Assembly: GCA_963641445.1 (NCBI GenBank)
Contig: CAVIBR010000001.1
Location: forward strand, 244,920 to 308,919
Length of the DNA: 64,000 nt
Direction of reading: 5' to 3'
DNA from: Bacteroides uniformis
Lineage (GTDB): Bacteria; Bacillota_I; Bacilli_A; RFN20; CAG-826
In this document: positions 38,755-49,516 of the stretch, piece by piece
How the letters are laid out: the number at the start of each line of letters is the position of its first letter
How positions within the stretch are numbered: position 1 is the stretch's first letter
The notes under the pieces: model-generated
What the model saw: only the letters and a program-made list of their open reading frames with translations
Databases searched by the model: none
What the model was told of the DNA's origin: nothing
Translations under genes and position numbers: made by a program

Positions 38755-40305
38755 TTAATACCATCTACGTCTTTTCTTCGTGATTATTCGCTCATGTTTT
38801 TCGACAATTGTTTGAATACCATTTGGTGTTATTAAGTAATTAGCTAAGGAATAATCGTTAGTAACGATTTTTCTTTCCATTTTCAATTTATTCAATATGG
38901 ATTGAATTTCATTTTTGTCCATTGCAATACATTTCTTTGAGAAGATGTATTTTCGTCCATCGAAGGCGCCCATATGCGCTTTATCGTAGTCGTAAGTGGC
39001 TGCTTCTTTGATTAATCTATCGCTTTCATTTAAAGCATATATGCCGGTATAAAGTCTTTCTGGGACGGCAAGTTCAATCTTACGGAACCGATCAGGAACA
39101 GGGAATTTATATGGATTTCCTAATCTATCAACTAAATCCGCATCATCGACTATCTTTAAAAGAGTTGGCCTGCTTTTGATTAATTCGATAATGTTAGTTC
39201 CGCTTTTTTCTAACATTTCTTTAGCGATTCGCATTGTCATCTTTGAATCATCTAAAGAATTATGATGATCGTATTTTTCTAATTCTTCTTCGCCACAAAG
39301 AGAAACCAATGCTTTATGCAAGGCAATAGAAACTGAAGATTCATCAACTAAAAGGCGATACATCATTTGAGTATCAACGGCTAAAACGTTTAATTGCTCT
39401 AAACTATTTCTCTTTAAGTCACTTGCTAAGAACCATAAATCATTTTCAACCGCATGGCCGAATTTCAATGAATGCTCATCTTCAAGTAATTCCTTGAAAA
39501 AATCATAGAAATGCTCAAGCTTAGGCGCTTCCTTATATGCTTGATAATCGTTGTCATCCCAATACAAGTGAATACGTTTAACTCCATCCCTATCTGTAAG
39601 ACAAAATGGTGCGTTAGGATTTATCGGGAAATGATGCTCTTTTATGATATTGAAATCTAAATCAGTTTCTATGGCACCAAGCTCGCAAATCTTGCCTGAT
39701 CCGTTATAGCAATTTGCACATTCAAAATCGAAAAATACATAGTGATTCATGCCTATTTTCTCTAAATTAGCAATATAATTCTCTCTAATTTCGTTAGGAG
39801 TAGTTGGTTTTTCCGCTTTTGCATAGAAAACATCCAAAGAATAGTAAAAACAACTGTCAAAGTCCCTTCGATTTAAGAAAACATCAATTGAATTTCCTAA
39901 ACAAAACAAAAGATTCTTAAGAGCAAGCAAAATCAAGAAAGGCTCATTCTCTAATTGAGGATCACCTTTATCTTTTTGCAAATACAAAGGGATATACTTT
40001 CTTAAATCATACAGATCCCTATCAGCTAAAATAACATTCAGCATATATTTGACATCAAATACTTGGAAATCAAAAGGCTCGATACCCTTAGAAGAAAACG
40101 CATCAAGAATCTTCGTGCAATCTTCATAAGCCGTCCAGCCGAATATTCCGTTATCGGGATTAGTTAATATGTCATATATTTCATCTTGGTCAGAAGAGAA
40201 AGATAACTTATTCTGCTTAATTGGCCTTAGATCATCATCCGCTTCAAGATAAGCAAAATCTAAATCTTCTTCATTTTTCTTCGTGGAAATAAAAACATAA
40301 CTCAT
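38755..40305 (-). CDS. DEDDh-family 3'-5' exonuclease domain protein with uncharacterised N- and C-terminal domains
   Basis: Exo motifs: I FFDFE(C), II HAVENDLWFL, III Y-x-HHNSLDDS (H-x4-D => DEDDh); ~175 aa N-terminal and ~120 aa C-terminal regions without recognisable motifs (C-terminus faintly BRCT-like). Confidence 0.6.
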   Translation of the reverse strand: MSYVFISTKKNEEDLDFAYLEADDDLRPIKQNKLSFSSDQDEIYDILTNPDNGIFGWTAYEDCTKILDAFSSKGIEPFDFQVFDVKYMLNVILADRDLYDLRKYIPLYLQKDKGDPQLENEPFLILLALKNLLFCLGNSIDVFLNRRDFDSCFYYSLDVFYAKAEKPTTPNEIRENYIANLEKIGMNHYVFFDFECANCYNGSGKICELGAIETDLDFNIIKEHHFPINPNAPFCLTDRDGVKRIHLYWDDNDYQAYKEAPKLEHFYDFFKELLEDEHSLKFGHAVENDLWFLASDLKRNSLEQLNVLAVDTQMMYRLLVDESSVSIALHKALVSLCGEEELEKYDHHNSLDDSKMTMRIAKEMLEKSGTNIIELIKSRPTLLKIVDDADLVDRLGNPYKFPVPDRFRKIELAVPERLYTGIYALNESDRLIKEAATYDYDKAHMGAFDGRKYIFSKKCIAMDKNEIQSILNKLKMERKIVTNDYSLANYLITPNGIQTIVEKHERIITKKRRRWY

Positions 40306-40416
40306 ATCTTTGAAATTCTATCATTCCATAAGCGTTTTATAAATCCTAACATCGATTATTTCTTCTTTCATAAAAGCGCTTACATTGCTATAATGATTTT
40401 GCAAGAAACATAACTT

Positions 40417-41814
40417 ATGAAACGTAAAAGGAAGAAAGTTTTAATTATTTCTTTATTTGTTTTTGGCGCTTTGATTTTATTGCCTGCGTCCTTTTTAGGA
40501 GTAGTCGCAGGTATGGCAAATACAAGACATATCGTTATTGACTCAAATCCGAAAATGAGATCTAGCAATAGATCTGGTTTAGTCCATGCAATCGGAAATT
40601 CTTTATACGATAAAGATGGAAATAGATTGGTTCTTCAAGGAGTTAATGCTGGAAACCTTTTGATTTACGAAGGTTGGATATCTCCATTTTCCGTTGGTGA
40701 ATCTAGAGATGAATATGGGAATCTCATTCTTGATAAAGACGGCTTGACAACATATCCAGAAATGCCAATGGAAGAAGCGTTAGCTGGTTTCAATTCCAAT
40801 CCAAATTTGAATGATTCCCAAAGAAAAGAGTTAATTGATATTTACCGTTCAAATTGGTTTTCCGAAGTAGATTTCAAAAACGTTAAAGAATTAGGATTAA
40901 ACACCATACGCCTCCCATTCTATTGGCGTGATATTCTTGATGAAAAGGATGGTGTATTCACCCGCAAAAGTGAAGAAGATGCGTTCTCTTATATCGATTC
41001 ATTTATAACTAATTGCAAGAAATACGATCTTTATTGCGTTCTCGATCTTCATGGCGCGCCCGGTTCCCAAAATGGTTATGAACATTGTGGCGATATGACT
41101 AAAGCTGATCTTTGGACGAATGAAACATATCAAGATGCAACAGTAGATATTTGGAAATTCATCGCAGAGCACTATACCTATACCAATTCAGAATTAGGCA
41201 AGAGTATTGCAACATACGATCTTCTAAATGAACCATGTGCTTATTATGATGATAAGAACGCAGGAACAGTTCAAAAAGTATGTGCGCCAGTTTTTGACAA
41301 ACTATATCAAGCAATTCGTGATGTAGGAGATGAACACGTCATCAATATTGAAGGAGTTTGGTCTTATGATTGTTTCTCCAACCCAGATGATTATGGTTGG
41401 GAAAGCATTCAATACGACACTCATCTATATAATTGGAAACACGAAGTAATCCCTTATTGGCTATTTAACTCCTATCATGAAATTCATAACTGGGGTCATG
41501 AATATGATGTACCTTATTCTGTTTCGGAATTCACTTTCTTTGATGATGCAAACGCTTGGCAAAGTCAACTAGATATGTTTGAAAGAAGAGGCTATTCTTG
41601 GACGATGTGGACATATAAAGCGGCAGTTACCGGTTGGTGGGATACGACCTGGTCGCTATATACTCAATGCCTTGATTTATGGGATAACAAAGTGAAGGCA
41701 AATCTTGCAACATCAACCTTTGATGAGCTTAAAACTGCATTTGAAGAAACTAATACATCAAACTGCATCCAATCTAAAGCATATGAATATGTGTCAAATT
41801 ACTTAAACAAGTAA
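40417..41814 (+). CDS. Glycoside hydrolase family 5, exo-1,3-beta-glucanase-like (signal-anchored)
   Basis: NTIRLPFYW, LDLHGAPGSQNGYEHCGD (cf. fungal Exg1 HGAPGSQNGFDNSG), catalytic acid/base in LLNEP; N-terminal signal anchor. Confidence 0.75.
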   Translation: MKRKRKKVLIISLFVFGALILLPASFLGVVAGMANTRHIVIDSNPKMRSSNRSGLVHAIGNSLYDKDGNRLVLQGVNAGNLLIYEGWISPFSVGESRDEYGNLILDKDGLTTYPEMPMEEALAGFNSNPNLNDSQRKELIDIYRSNWFSEVDFKNVKELGLNTIRLPFYWRDILDEKDGVFTRKSEEDAFSYIDSFITNCKKYDLYCVLDLHGAPGSQNGYEHCGDMTKADLWTNETYQDATVDIWKFIAEHYTYTNSELGKSIATYDLLNEPCAYYDDKNAGTVQKVCAPVFDKLYQAIRDVGDEHVINIEGVWSYDCFSNPDDYGWESIQYDTHLYNWKHEVIPYWLFNSYHEIHNWGHEYDVPYSVSEFTFFDDANAWQSQLDMFERRGYSWTMWTYKAAVTGWWDTTWSLYTQCLDLWDNKVKANLATSTFDELKTAFEETNTSNCIQSKAYEYVSNYLNK

Positions 41815-41876
41815 AATATGGGTCTTTTATATAGTATTTTTTGATTTTTTACTTACAATAATAAAGGGTATTTAAT

Positions 41877-42869
41877 ATGAAAATATGTGTTTTAGGAAGT
41901 GGAACTTGGGGAAGTGCAATATCAAATCATCTAGCCAATAAAGGGTATGAAGTATTTTGCTATTCTCACCGCGAAGAAGAAGCGCGTCGTCTAAATGAAA
42001 CCCACATTCAAAAGAATCTTCCTAACGTAATACTTTCTAAATCAATCATCTTTTCTTCAAATATCGAAGATTGCTTAAAAGATTCCGAAGTAATAGTCTT
42101 CGGCGTTCCATCTTCATATATTAGAAAAACTTCAGAATTGATAAAGCCATTCTATAAAGGCCAGCTCATCATAGATTTAGCAAAAGGAATTGAAGAAAAC
42201 TCCTTACTTACAACCTCCGAAATAATAGAAGATGTCTTAGGAATCAAGGATGAAGTCGTCGCATTAACCGGTCCAAGCCACGCTGAAGAAGTATCACTTT
42301 CTCTTCCAACGTGTATTGTTGCTGCATCAAAAAATAAAGAAAACGCTAAAGAGGCACAACTCATTTTTCATTCAGATAAATTTAGAGTTTATACCAATGA
42401 AGATCGCAAAGGCTGCGAACTTTGTGGAGCCTTTAAGAATATCATTGCCATAGCTTGTGGTATTTCCGATGGTTTAGGATATGGAGATAACGCTAAAGCG
42501 GCAATAATAACTCGTGGAGTTCACGAACTTGGCAAATTAGGAATGGCGATGGGCTGTTCTCCAACAACGTTCTCTGGCTTAGCGGGTATAGGCGATTTGA
42601 TTGTCACATGCACTAGCAAGCATTCTAGAAACAACCAATGTGGCCATTATATTGGCGAAGGATATTCTGTATCTGAAGCGATAGAAAAAGTGGGGATGGT
42701 TGTTGAAGGAATCAATTCCCTAAAAGCAGCAACCCAACTATGTCAAAAACATGATCTTGATATGCCAATTGTTTTTGGTGTTAACGAAATAGTAAACAAT
42801 GGCAAATCCGCCAAAGAAATTTCCTTTTCCCTTCTTCAAAGAGAGAAAAAAGATGAATTTTTGAAATAA
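41877..42869 (+). CDS. gpsA: NAD(P)H-dependent glycerol-3-phosphate dehydrogenase
   Basis: MKICVLGSGTWGSA Rossmann, GAFKNIIAIACG, typical 330 aa. Confidence 0.85.
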   Translation: MKICVLGSGTWGSAISNHLANKGYEVFCYSHREEEARRLNETHIQKNLPNVILSKSIIFSSNIEDCLKDSEVIVFGVPSSYIRKTSELIKPFYKGQLIIDLAKGIEENSLLTTSEIIEDVLGIKDEVVALTGPSHAEEVSLSLPTCIVAASKNKENAKEAQLIFHSDKFRVYTNEDRKGCELCGAFKNIIAIACGISDGLGYGDNAKAAIITRGVHELGKLGMAMGCSPTTFSGLAGIGDLIVTCTSKHSRNNQCGHYIGEGYSVSEAIEKVGMVVEGINSLKAATQLCQKHDLDMPIVFGVNEIVNNGKSAKEISFSLLQREKKDEFLK

Positions 42870-42982
42870 TTTGTAACAAATTCAAACATTGTATTAAAAG
42901 ATATATACATTGTTTTTAACTTATAGGAAAATAAAGAACCATGGATGTCTCATCCTAAAAACATAAAAAGGATAAAACTACT

Positions 42983-45094
42983 ATGGCAGAAAAAAAGATT
43001 GATACTTCGAAAAAAGAAGATGTTCTTAGCATATTTGGCTCAAACGTATTTAATGAAAAAGCTAGGAAGGAATATCTCTCTCCTGACGCATATAACGCTT
43101 TAAATGAAGCAATATACACTCATAAACAACTACCAAAACAATATGCTGATGCTGTAGCAAAAGGAATGCTTGAATGGGCACTTTCTAAAGGAGCAACTCA
43201 TTATACTCATTGGTTCCAACCTTTAAATGGTCTTTCGGCAGAAAAACATGACGCATTTATTGGCAAGCCTGATGAAAAAGGCAACACTAAATATGACTTT
43301 TTTGGAAATGAATTAATCAAAGGAGAACCCGATGCTTCATCTTTTCCTTCAGGTGGTTTACGTGCCACTTTTGAAGCAAGGGGTTACACCGTTTGGGACG
43401 CTTCCTCACCCGCTTTTGTTTTAGAAGATGATGAAGATGGAGCAGTCTTATATATTCCAACTGCTTTTTGTTCATACAATGGCGAAGCGCTTGATGGAAA
43501 AACCCCTCTTTTACGTTCAGAAGAACTTCTTTCAGAAACTGCCATACGTGTTTTACGTCTTTTAGGAGATAACGAAAGTAAACGTGTTTTCTCTTATGCT
43601 GGAGCAGAGCAAGAATACTTCCTTATTGATAAAGAAGAATACCTAAAAAGAAAGGATATCGTATACACGGGTCGCACGCTTTTTGGTGCAAGTGCTCCAA
43701 AAGGCCAAGAATTAGAAGACCATTATTTTGGTCCAATAAGAGAAAAAATCTCCTCATACATGAAAGAAGTAAATGACACTCTTTGGCGTTTAGGGATAGC
43801 AGCTAAGACCGAACATAACGAAGTAGCACAATCTCAACACGAACTTGCATGTATCTATGAAATATCTTCCTTAGCAGCTGATCAAAACCAACTCGTAATG
43901 AGAATTTTAAAAAGAGTCGCAAAACGTCATGGAATGGTATGCCTTTTAGCGGAAAAACCATTTGAAGGAATAAACGGATCTGGCAAGCATAATAACTGGT
44001 CGGTCGGAACTGATACGGGAATAAACCTTTTCAAGCCAGGCAAAGATCCTAAAAATAATGTTAGATTCATGGTTTTCTTAGCTTCTGTTATTAGAGGAGT
44101 AGATTTATATGCCGATCTTCTTAGAGAATCCGTTTCCTCTTATGGCAATGATTTCCGTTTAGGCGCCAATGAAGCGCCTCCAGCAATCGTCTCAATCTAT
44201 CTTGGCGATTACTTAACAAAACTCGTAACTGGCGAAGATAATATCGAACAATCATTTAAGACGATAAATGGTTCAAAATCCCTTCCAACTCTTCTAAAAG
44301 ATGACGCGGATAGAAATAGAACATCACCTTTTGCCTTCACTGGGAATCGTTTTGAGTTCCGTATGGTTGGATCCGAGCAAAACATTTCTGAACCAAACAC
44401 TTATTTGAATACAATCCTTGCTGATGGACTTAACGAAATTGCTGCAATCCTTGAAAAATCAACAAACAAAGAAGAAGATGCCTTAGCTTGGGCTAAAGAA
44501 ACAATCAAGAACCATCAACGCATCATCTTCAACGGCAACGGATATTCAAAAGAATGGGAAGAAGAAGCAAAAACACGCGGTCTTCCAAACCTAAAAACTA
44601 CTCCTGAAGCAATCTCTGCACTAAGCAGAAAAGAGAACAGAGCTCTCTTAGTTAACAACAATATTCTTTCTGAAACGGAGATTGATTCAAGAGAGGCAAT
44701 CAAATATCAAGACTACCATTCAAAAGCAGTAATCGAAGCGAAAACGATGTCACGCATGGCACATAAATTGTATTTGCCTTCTATAAACTCTGCTTTAGAG
44801 GAGATAACAAAACTCAATTCATATTACAAAAATCCTTTGCCAGAATTAAGCGAAGAACAAACTGAATTAGAAAAAACTTTGTCTAAAACGTATTCATCAT
44901 TGAAACGTCTTGATATTCTTATCAAGGAAAACAATGAGATGCAAGTAAGTGAAGAAGAACATGCTTTCTTTGCTTCGAAGAAATTAAAAGAAGAAATGGT
45001 TATCCTTCGTAAAGCAATTGATGAAGCAGAGCTTCTTGTCGCTAAAAAAGATTGGCCTGTCCCAACATATGGCGATCTTCTTTTCCATTGCTAG
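42983..45094 (+). CDS. glnN: Glutamine synthetase type III
   Basis: 703 aa length characteristic of GSIII; conserved GS catalytic region (NGSGKHNNWS, ...RNRTSPFAFTGNRFEFR). Confidence 0.8.
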   Translation: MAEKKIDTSKKEDVLSIFGSNVFNEKARKEYLSPDAYNALNEAIYTHKQLPKQYADAVAKGMLEWALSKGATHYTHWFQPLNGLSAEKHDAFIGKPDEKGNTKYDFFGNELIKGEPDASSFPSGGLRATFEARGYTVWDASSPAFVLEDDEDGAVLYIPTAFCSYNGEALDGKTPLLRSEELLSETAIRVLRLLGDNESKRVFSYAGAEQEYFLIDKEEYLKRKDIVYTGRTLFGASAPKGQELEDHYFGPIREKISSYMKEVNDTLWRLGIAAKTEHNEVAQSQHELACIYEISSLAADQNQLVMRILKRVAKRHGMVCLLAEKPFEGINGSGKHNNWSVGTDTGINLFKPGKDPKNNVRFMVFLASVIRGVDLYADLLRESVSSYGNDFRLGANEAPPAIVSIYLGDYLTKLVTGEDNIEQSFKTINGSKSLPTLLKDDADRNRTSPFAFTGNRFEFRMVGSEQNISEPNTYLNTILADGLNEIAAILEKSTNKEEDALAWAKETIKNHQRIIFNGNGYSKEWEEEAKTRGLPNLKTTPEAISALSRKENRALLVNNNILSETEIDSREAIKYQDYHSKAVIEAKTMSRMAHKLYLPSINSALEEITKLNSYYKNPLPELSEEQTELEKTLSKTYSSLKRLDILIKENNEMQVSEEEHAFFASKKLKEEMVILRKAIDEAELLVAKKDWPVPTYGDLLFHC

Positions 45095-45147
45095 CAAAAA
45101 ATATTCATTCGCTATAAAATACTTCTCACGCACTAGGAGGAGAAGGC

Positions 45148-47298
45148 ATGGAAATAATCTCTTATTTATCGGAACGTTTGCAAATAAAGGAATGGCAAAC
45201 GAAGAATGTTCTTAAATTATTAGCTGATGGAGCGTCAGTTCCTTTCATCGCTCGTTATAAAAAAGAAGAAACAGGAAATCTTTCTGATATTCTTTTACGT
45301 TCATTCGAAGAAGAAAAAGAAAAATTCGAAAAACTCGAAGAAAGAAAAAAGACCGTCCTATCTTCAATTGAAGAACAAGGGAAACTTACTCCAGAATTAA
45401 AAGAGCAAATCGAGAATTGTGACAACATCACTCTCTTAGAAACAATCTATCGTCCATATAAACCAAAAAGAAAAACTAGAGGTTCAATAGCTAAAGAAAA
45501 AGGCTTAGAAGAACTCGCTAGGTATATTCTTAAACAAAATGGAACGATTTCTTCTTTAGAAGAATATGCAAAAACCTTCATCAACGAAGAAAAAGGCGTT
45601 AAAAACGAAGATGAAGCAATCTCCGGTGCTTTAGATATAATTGCTGAAGAAATTTCCGATAACGCTGATTTCTATCTTTTTGCTAAAAGCTACATCTATA
45701 AAACAGGCCATATAAAAGCAAAAGAAACAAAAGAAGACGTAGATAAGAAATACGAGAACTATGATAACTTCGACACTCCTGTAAATAGAATAAAGCCATA
45801 TCAAACTCTAGCCCTTCTCCGCGGCAAGAAAGAAAAGAAGATCTCCTATTCTTTTTCTTACGACGAAATAACGATCCATAGCCAAATCGCTAGAAAAATC
45901 ATTCATAGGAATTCCCCGTATGAGAAGATTCTTAGAGAAACAATCGCAGATGCTTATAAGCGTTTGATGGGACCGTCATTAGAGAATGAAATAACAAAAG
46001 AACTCTTCCTCAAGGCGGAAGATTCCTCCTTAATTCTCTTCTCGAAAAACCTCAAACAATTATTGCTTGCTTCTCCATTAAAAGGAAAACAAATACTTGG
46101 CTTTGACCCTGGATATAAGAATGGTTGCAAGCTTGCTCTCATCAATAAAAATGGCGATGTAATTGAGACATGTATCATTTATCCGACAATTGGCAAAGAA
46201 AAAGAAGCGGAAACAAAGCTCCTTTATCTCTATAAAAAATATGGCTATGACGCGATTGCCTTAGGAAACGGAACAGCCTCAAGAGAATCCGAATCATTCA
46301 TCAATTTATTCCTCAAGAAAAACGACCTAAGCAATGTTACTTTAACAATTGTTAATGAATCTGGCGCCTCTGTATATTCCGCTTCACCTTTAGCAATAAA
46401 AGAATTCCCTAACATGGATATTGATGAAAGAAGTGCAGTATCTCTTGCAAGACGTCTTCTTGATCCAATGGCTGAACTAGTTAAGATTCCACCTGAAGCA
46501 ATAGGCGTTGGCCAATACCAACACGATATGGATGAAACTAGACTCAAACAAACTCTTTCTTCAACGACAATCGATGCCGTAAATGAAGTAGGAGTATTGT
46601 TAAATACCGCCTCCTCATCCCTCTTAAAATATGTATCAGGATTAAATGAAAGAATTGCATCTTCAATCGTCTCTTATCGTGAAGAAAACGGTCCATTCAA
46701 AGAAAGAAAGGATCTAATGAAAGTCAAAGGCTTTGGGGAGAAAACCTTCCTTGAAGCAGCAGGCTTCCTTCGTTTAGAAAACGAGAATCCATTAGAGAAA
46801 ACGGCAGTTCATCCAAAGGATTATCAAACAACGATGAAACTTCTTGAAAAAGAAAACATCTCCTTAAACAAACTAGGAACGCCTGAAGCAAATCTTCATT
46901 TAGATTCAATAAAAGATGTCTCCTCTCTTGCAAAGGAATTAGATATTGGTGAATATACTTTAAAAGATATCATCGAAGAACTTAAAAAACCTGGAAGAGA
47001 TCCACGTGAGAAGATAGTCTCTGCAACGCTTGATAATAATGTTAAAGATATCAAAGATCTTCAAGTCGGTTTGATACTTAACGGCACGGTTAGAAATCTT
47101 TCTGATTTTGGCGCATTCGTTGATATTGGCGTTCATCAAGACGGGCTTGTTCATATATCCGAAATCGCCGATCATTTTGTTTCTCATCCGTCAAATGAAT
47201 TAGAATTAGGACAAATAGTTAAGGTAAAAGTAATTGGCGTAGATATTCCAAGAAAAAGAATCTCCTTATCCATCAAACAAGTTCCTTCGGGAGAATAA
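45148..47298 (+). CDS. tex: Transcription accessory protein Tex (YqgF/HhH/S1 domains)
   Basis: N-terminus ...VPFIARYRKE-like (VPFIARYKKEETGNL), central YqgF RNase-H-like, C-terminal S1 domain (GTVRNLSDFGAFVDIG...DGLVHISE). Confidence 0.85.
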   Translation: MEIISYLSERLQIKEWQTKNVLKLLADGASVPFIARYKKEETGNLSDILLRSFEEEKEKFEKLEERKKTVLSSIEEQGKLTPELKEQIENCDNITLLETIYRPYKPKRKTRGSIAKEKGLEELARYILKQNGTISSLEEYAKTFINEEKGVKNEDEAISGALDIIAEEISDNADFYLFAKSYIYKTGHIKAKETKEDVDKKYENYDNFDTPVNRIKPYQTLALLRGKKEKKISYSFSYDEITIHSQIARKIIHRNSPYEKILRETIADAYKRLMGPSLENEITKELFLKAEDSSLILFSKNLKQLLLASPLKGKQILGFDPGYKNGCKLALINKNGDVIETCIIYPTIGKEKEAETKLLYLYKKYGYDAIALGNGTASRESESFINLFLKKNDLSNVTLTIVNESGASVYSASPLAIKEFPNMDIDERSAVSLARRLLDPMAELVKIPPEAIGVGQYQHDMDETRLKQTLSSTTIDAVNEVGVLLNTASSSLLKYVSGLNERIASSIVSYREENGPFKERKDLMKVKGFGEKTFLEAAGFLRLENENPLEKTAVHPKDYQTTMKLLEKENISLNKLGTPEANLHLDSIKDVSSLAKELDIGEYTLKDIIEELKKPGRDPREKIVSATLDNNVKDIKDLQVGLILNGTVRNLSDFGAFVDIGVHQDGLVHISEIADHFVSHPSNELELGQIVKVKVIGVDIPRKRISLSIKQVPSGE

Positions 47299-47325
47299 AA
47301 CACTGCAAAACCCCTATATTTAAGA

Positions 47326-47360
47326 AAAAACACTTGGTTTTACGCCAAGTGTTTTAAAAA
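47326..47360. terminator. Bidirectional terminator between tex and ABC permease
   Basis: aaacacttgg-ttttacg-ccaagtgttt flanked by A6/T5. Confidence 0.75.
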
Positions 47361-47381
47361 TCCAAAAATCCCTTATAAAAC

Positions 47382-48356
47382 CTACCTATCTTCTCTAAAA
47401 TACGGTAAGCCTAAGGCCTCTGGCGGTTGAACACTCTTCTTTCCAACGATACTAGTAATAATAAGTACAACGATTGTAACAATATATGGAATCATCTTGA
47501 AAGCTTGCATGCTTGTAAAATCAACCCCTGAAACCATATTCGGCAAGATGAATAAGACGCCAAAGACAATGGATCCTAGAATTGCAAGCAAAGGTCTCCA
47601 AACAGTGAAGATAACCAAAGCGATAGCTAACCAACCAAAAGCTTGAATGGTTGAAGAGTTCTCCCAAGATCCTCCAACATAGTCCATGACGTAGAATAAA
47701 CCGCCTAAACCTGCAATCACTGAACCAGAAAGAATCGCGCCATACTTGTAGGCATTAACGTTAATTCCTGCCGCATCAGCCGCGCCTGGATTTTCTCCAA
47801 CCGAGCGAAGATTAAGACCTATTCTTGTCTTTTTCAAAACTATTGCGGCAATTATTGCAACCGCAATAGCAAGATAAACTAAGAAACCATGGGCAAAGAA
47901 TATTTTTCCGAATGCGCCAAGATTATCAGCCCATGCTGGGTAAGAAGAAATAATCTTACTTGCACTTGAGAAATACGTCTTATCGATATTTCCCATGAAG
48001 TAATCTACAACTCCTCCACCAAAGGTAGTTAACACCAATCCGGTGACATTTTGATTACAACGGAATGTGACAGTCAAAACACCATAGATAAGCCCTGCAA
48101 TAAGTGAAAAGAGGGCACTAAAGAGAATTGCTACAAGTATAAGTAAGAAATACGGCGCGCTAGAAGGTGAAGAAGAATGGCCGCTCATAAAAATCGAAAT
48201 ACCTAAACATCCGCCTAATGTGCCAAAACACATAACACCAGGAACGCCTAAATTAAGATGGCCGCCTTTTTCCATGATTATTTCACCAATACAGCCAAAT
48301 AAGAAGACTGTTGCAATGGATATAGCAGATGGCAATAAAGTATCAAAAAACATCAT
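47382..48356 (-). CDS. ABC transporter permease (BMP/nucleoside uptake family, NupQ/YufQ-like)
   Basis: 8-10 TM, Gly-rich; overlaps upstream permease stop (ATGA). Confidence 0.8.
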   Translation of the reverse strand: MMFFDTLLPSAISIATVFLFGCIGEIIMEKGGHLNLGVPGVMCFGTLGGCLGISIFMSGHSSSPSSAPYFLLILVAILFSALFSLIAGLIYGVLTVTFRCNQNVTGLVLTTFGGGVVDYFMGNIDKTYFSSASKIISSYPAWADNLGAFGKIFFAHGFLVYLAIAVAIIAAIVLKKTRIGLNLRSVGENPGAADAAGINVNAYKYGAILSGSVIAGLGGLFYVMDYVGGSWENSSTIQAFGWLAIALVIFTVWRPLLAILGSIVFGVLFILPNMVSGVDFTSMQAFKMIPYIVTIVVLIITSIVGKKSVQPPEALGLPYFREDR

Positions 48357-49516
48357 TATTCTTTTCCTCCTTCTTTGTTTTCGTTCACTGAAGCAATGGC
48401 TTTTGCAGTAGTTAATGAACTCCTATCTACGTGTTTTCTTACAATTTTGTAAGAGATAAAGAATTCGATAGCGATAATCGAGAAATAAACTAATCCGATA
48501 GCAATATCAGTAATGGAGTCGTTTGTTATAGAGAAAGCAGTTTGCACCGCCGACATTCCGTTTTGCATGATTGCAACCAAGAAAGAAGTGCCTATCATCA
48601 AGAAAGGATCAAATTTAGCAAGCCAGGCGACCATAATTGCCGTAAAGCCTAAATTCCTTGCAGAATCCGCATTAATCGTGTGATCGATTGATCCGGCAAG
48701 TAAGAATCCAACAAGCCCACAAATCGCACCAGAGATAGCAAGAGTCCTAACCGTGACTAATTTAACGTTGATGCCAACGTATTTAGCCGTTCTTTGCGAT
48801 TCTCCGACAACTTCAAGCTCATAACCCGCTTTTCTAAAACGAAGATAAACGAATATAGCAACGAAAACCACTATAGCAGTAAGAATGGTAAATAAGGAAT
48901 CATTCTCTGCTAAGGAAGGAAGATTTCCTGCTTCTTGCAAAGGCAACGTTCCTGAACCTGAAGTAACAACTGCAGAAATAAAAACCGAGACCAATCCAGC
49001 GGCAATATAATTCATCATCAAGGTGAATAAAGATTCATTTGTATTGAAGAAAGATTTGAATATTGCCGGTATAACAGCCCAAACAGAACCAGCTGTTGTA
49101 GCAGAAAAGAACATCACAATAATTATCACCCAATCTGGACAGCCAGCTTTTCCCATATAGAACATACAAACTATTGCAGCTAAATCACCAATCAATATTT
49201 GACCATTTCCGCCTAAATTCCAGAATTTCATCTTAAATGACGGAACTAAGGCTAATGCAACAATCAAAACCAAAGCTAGTTCTCTAAAAGTTCTCCAAGT
49301 TCTTCTTTGGGAAGAAAAACAACCTGCAAAAAGATTTGAAATAACTTCTAATGGATTTGCATTCGCAAATATAAGTAGAAGAAGGCATAGAAGGATAAAG
49401 CCAAAAAGAATTGCTCCAGCCTTATAAAGAACTCTTTGCCATAAAGGTAAATCATTTCTTTTGGTGATATGGAATGGAGATTCTTTGAATTTAGCAAGGA
49501 ATTTATTCATTTGCAC
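48356..49516 (-). CDS. ABC transporter permease (NupP/YufP-like)
   Basis: Polytopic membrane protein; start overlaps ATPase gene end. Confidence 0.8.
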   Translation of the reverse strand: MQMNKFLAKFKESPFHITKRNDLPLWQRVLYKAGAILFGFILLCLLLLIFANANPLEVISNLFAGCFSSQRRTWRTFRELALVLIVALALVPSFKMKFWNLGGNGQILIGDLAAIVCMFYMGKAGCPDWVIIIVMFFSATTAGSVWAVIPAIFKSFFNTNESLFTLMMNYIAAGLVSVFISAVVTSGSGTLPLQEAGNLPSLAENDSLFTILTAIVVFVAIFVYLRFRKAGYELEVVGESQRTAKYVGINVKLVTVRTLAISGAICGLVGFLLAGSIDHTINADSARNLGFTAIMVAWLAKFDPFLMIGTSFLVAIMQNGMSAVQTAFSITNDSITDIAIGLVYFSIIAIEFFISYKIVRKHVDRSSLTTAKAIASVNENKEGGKE

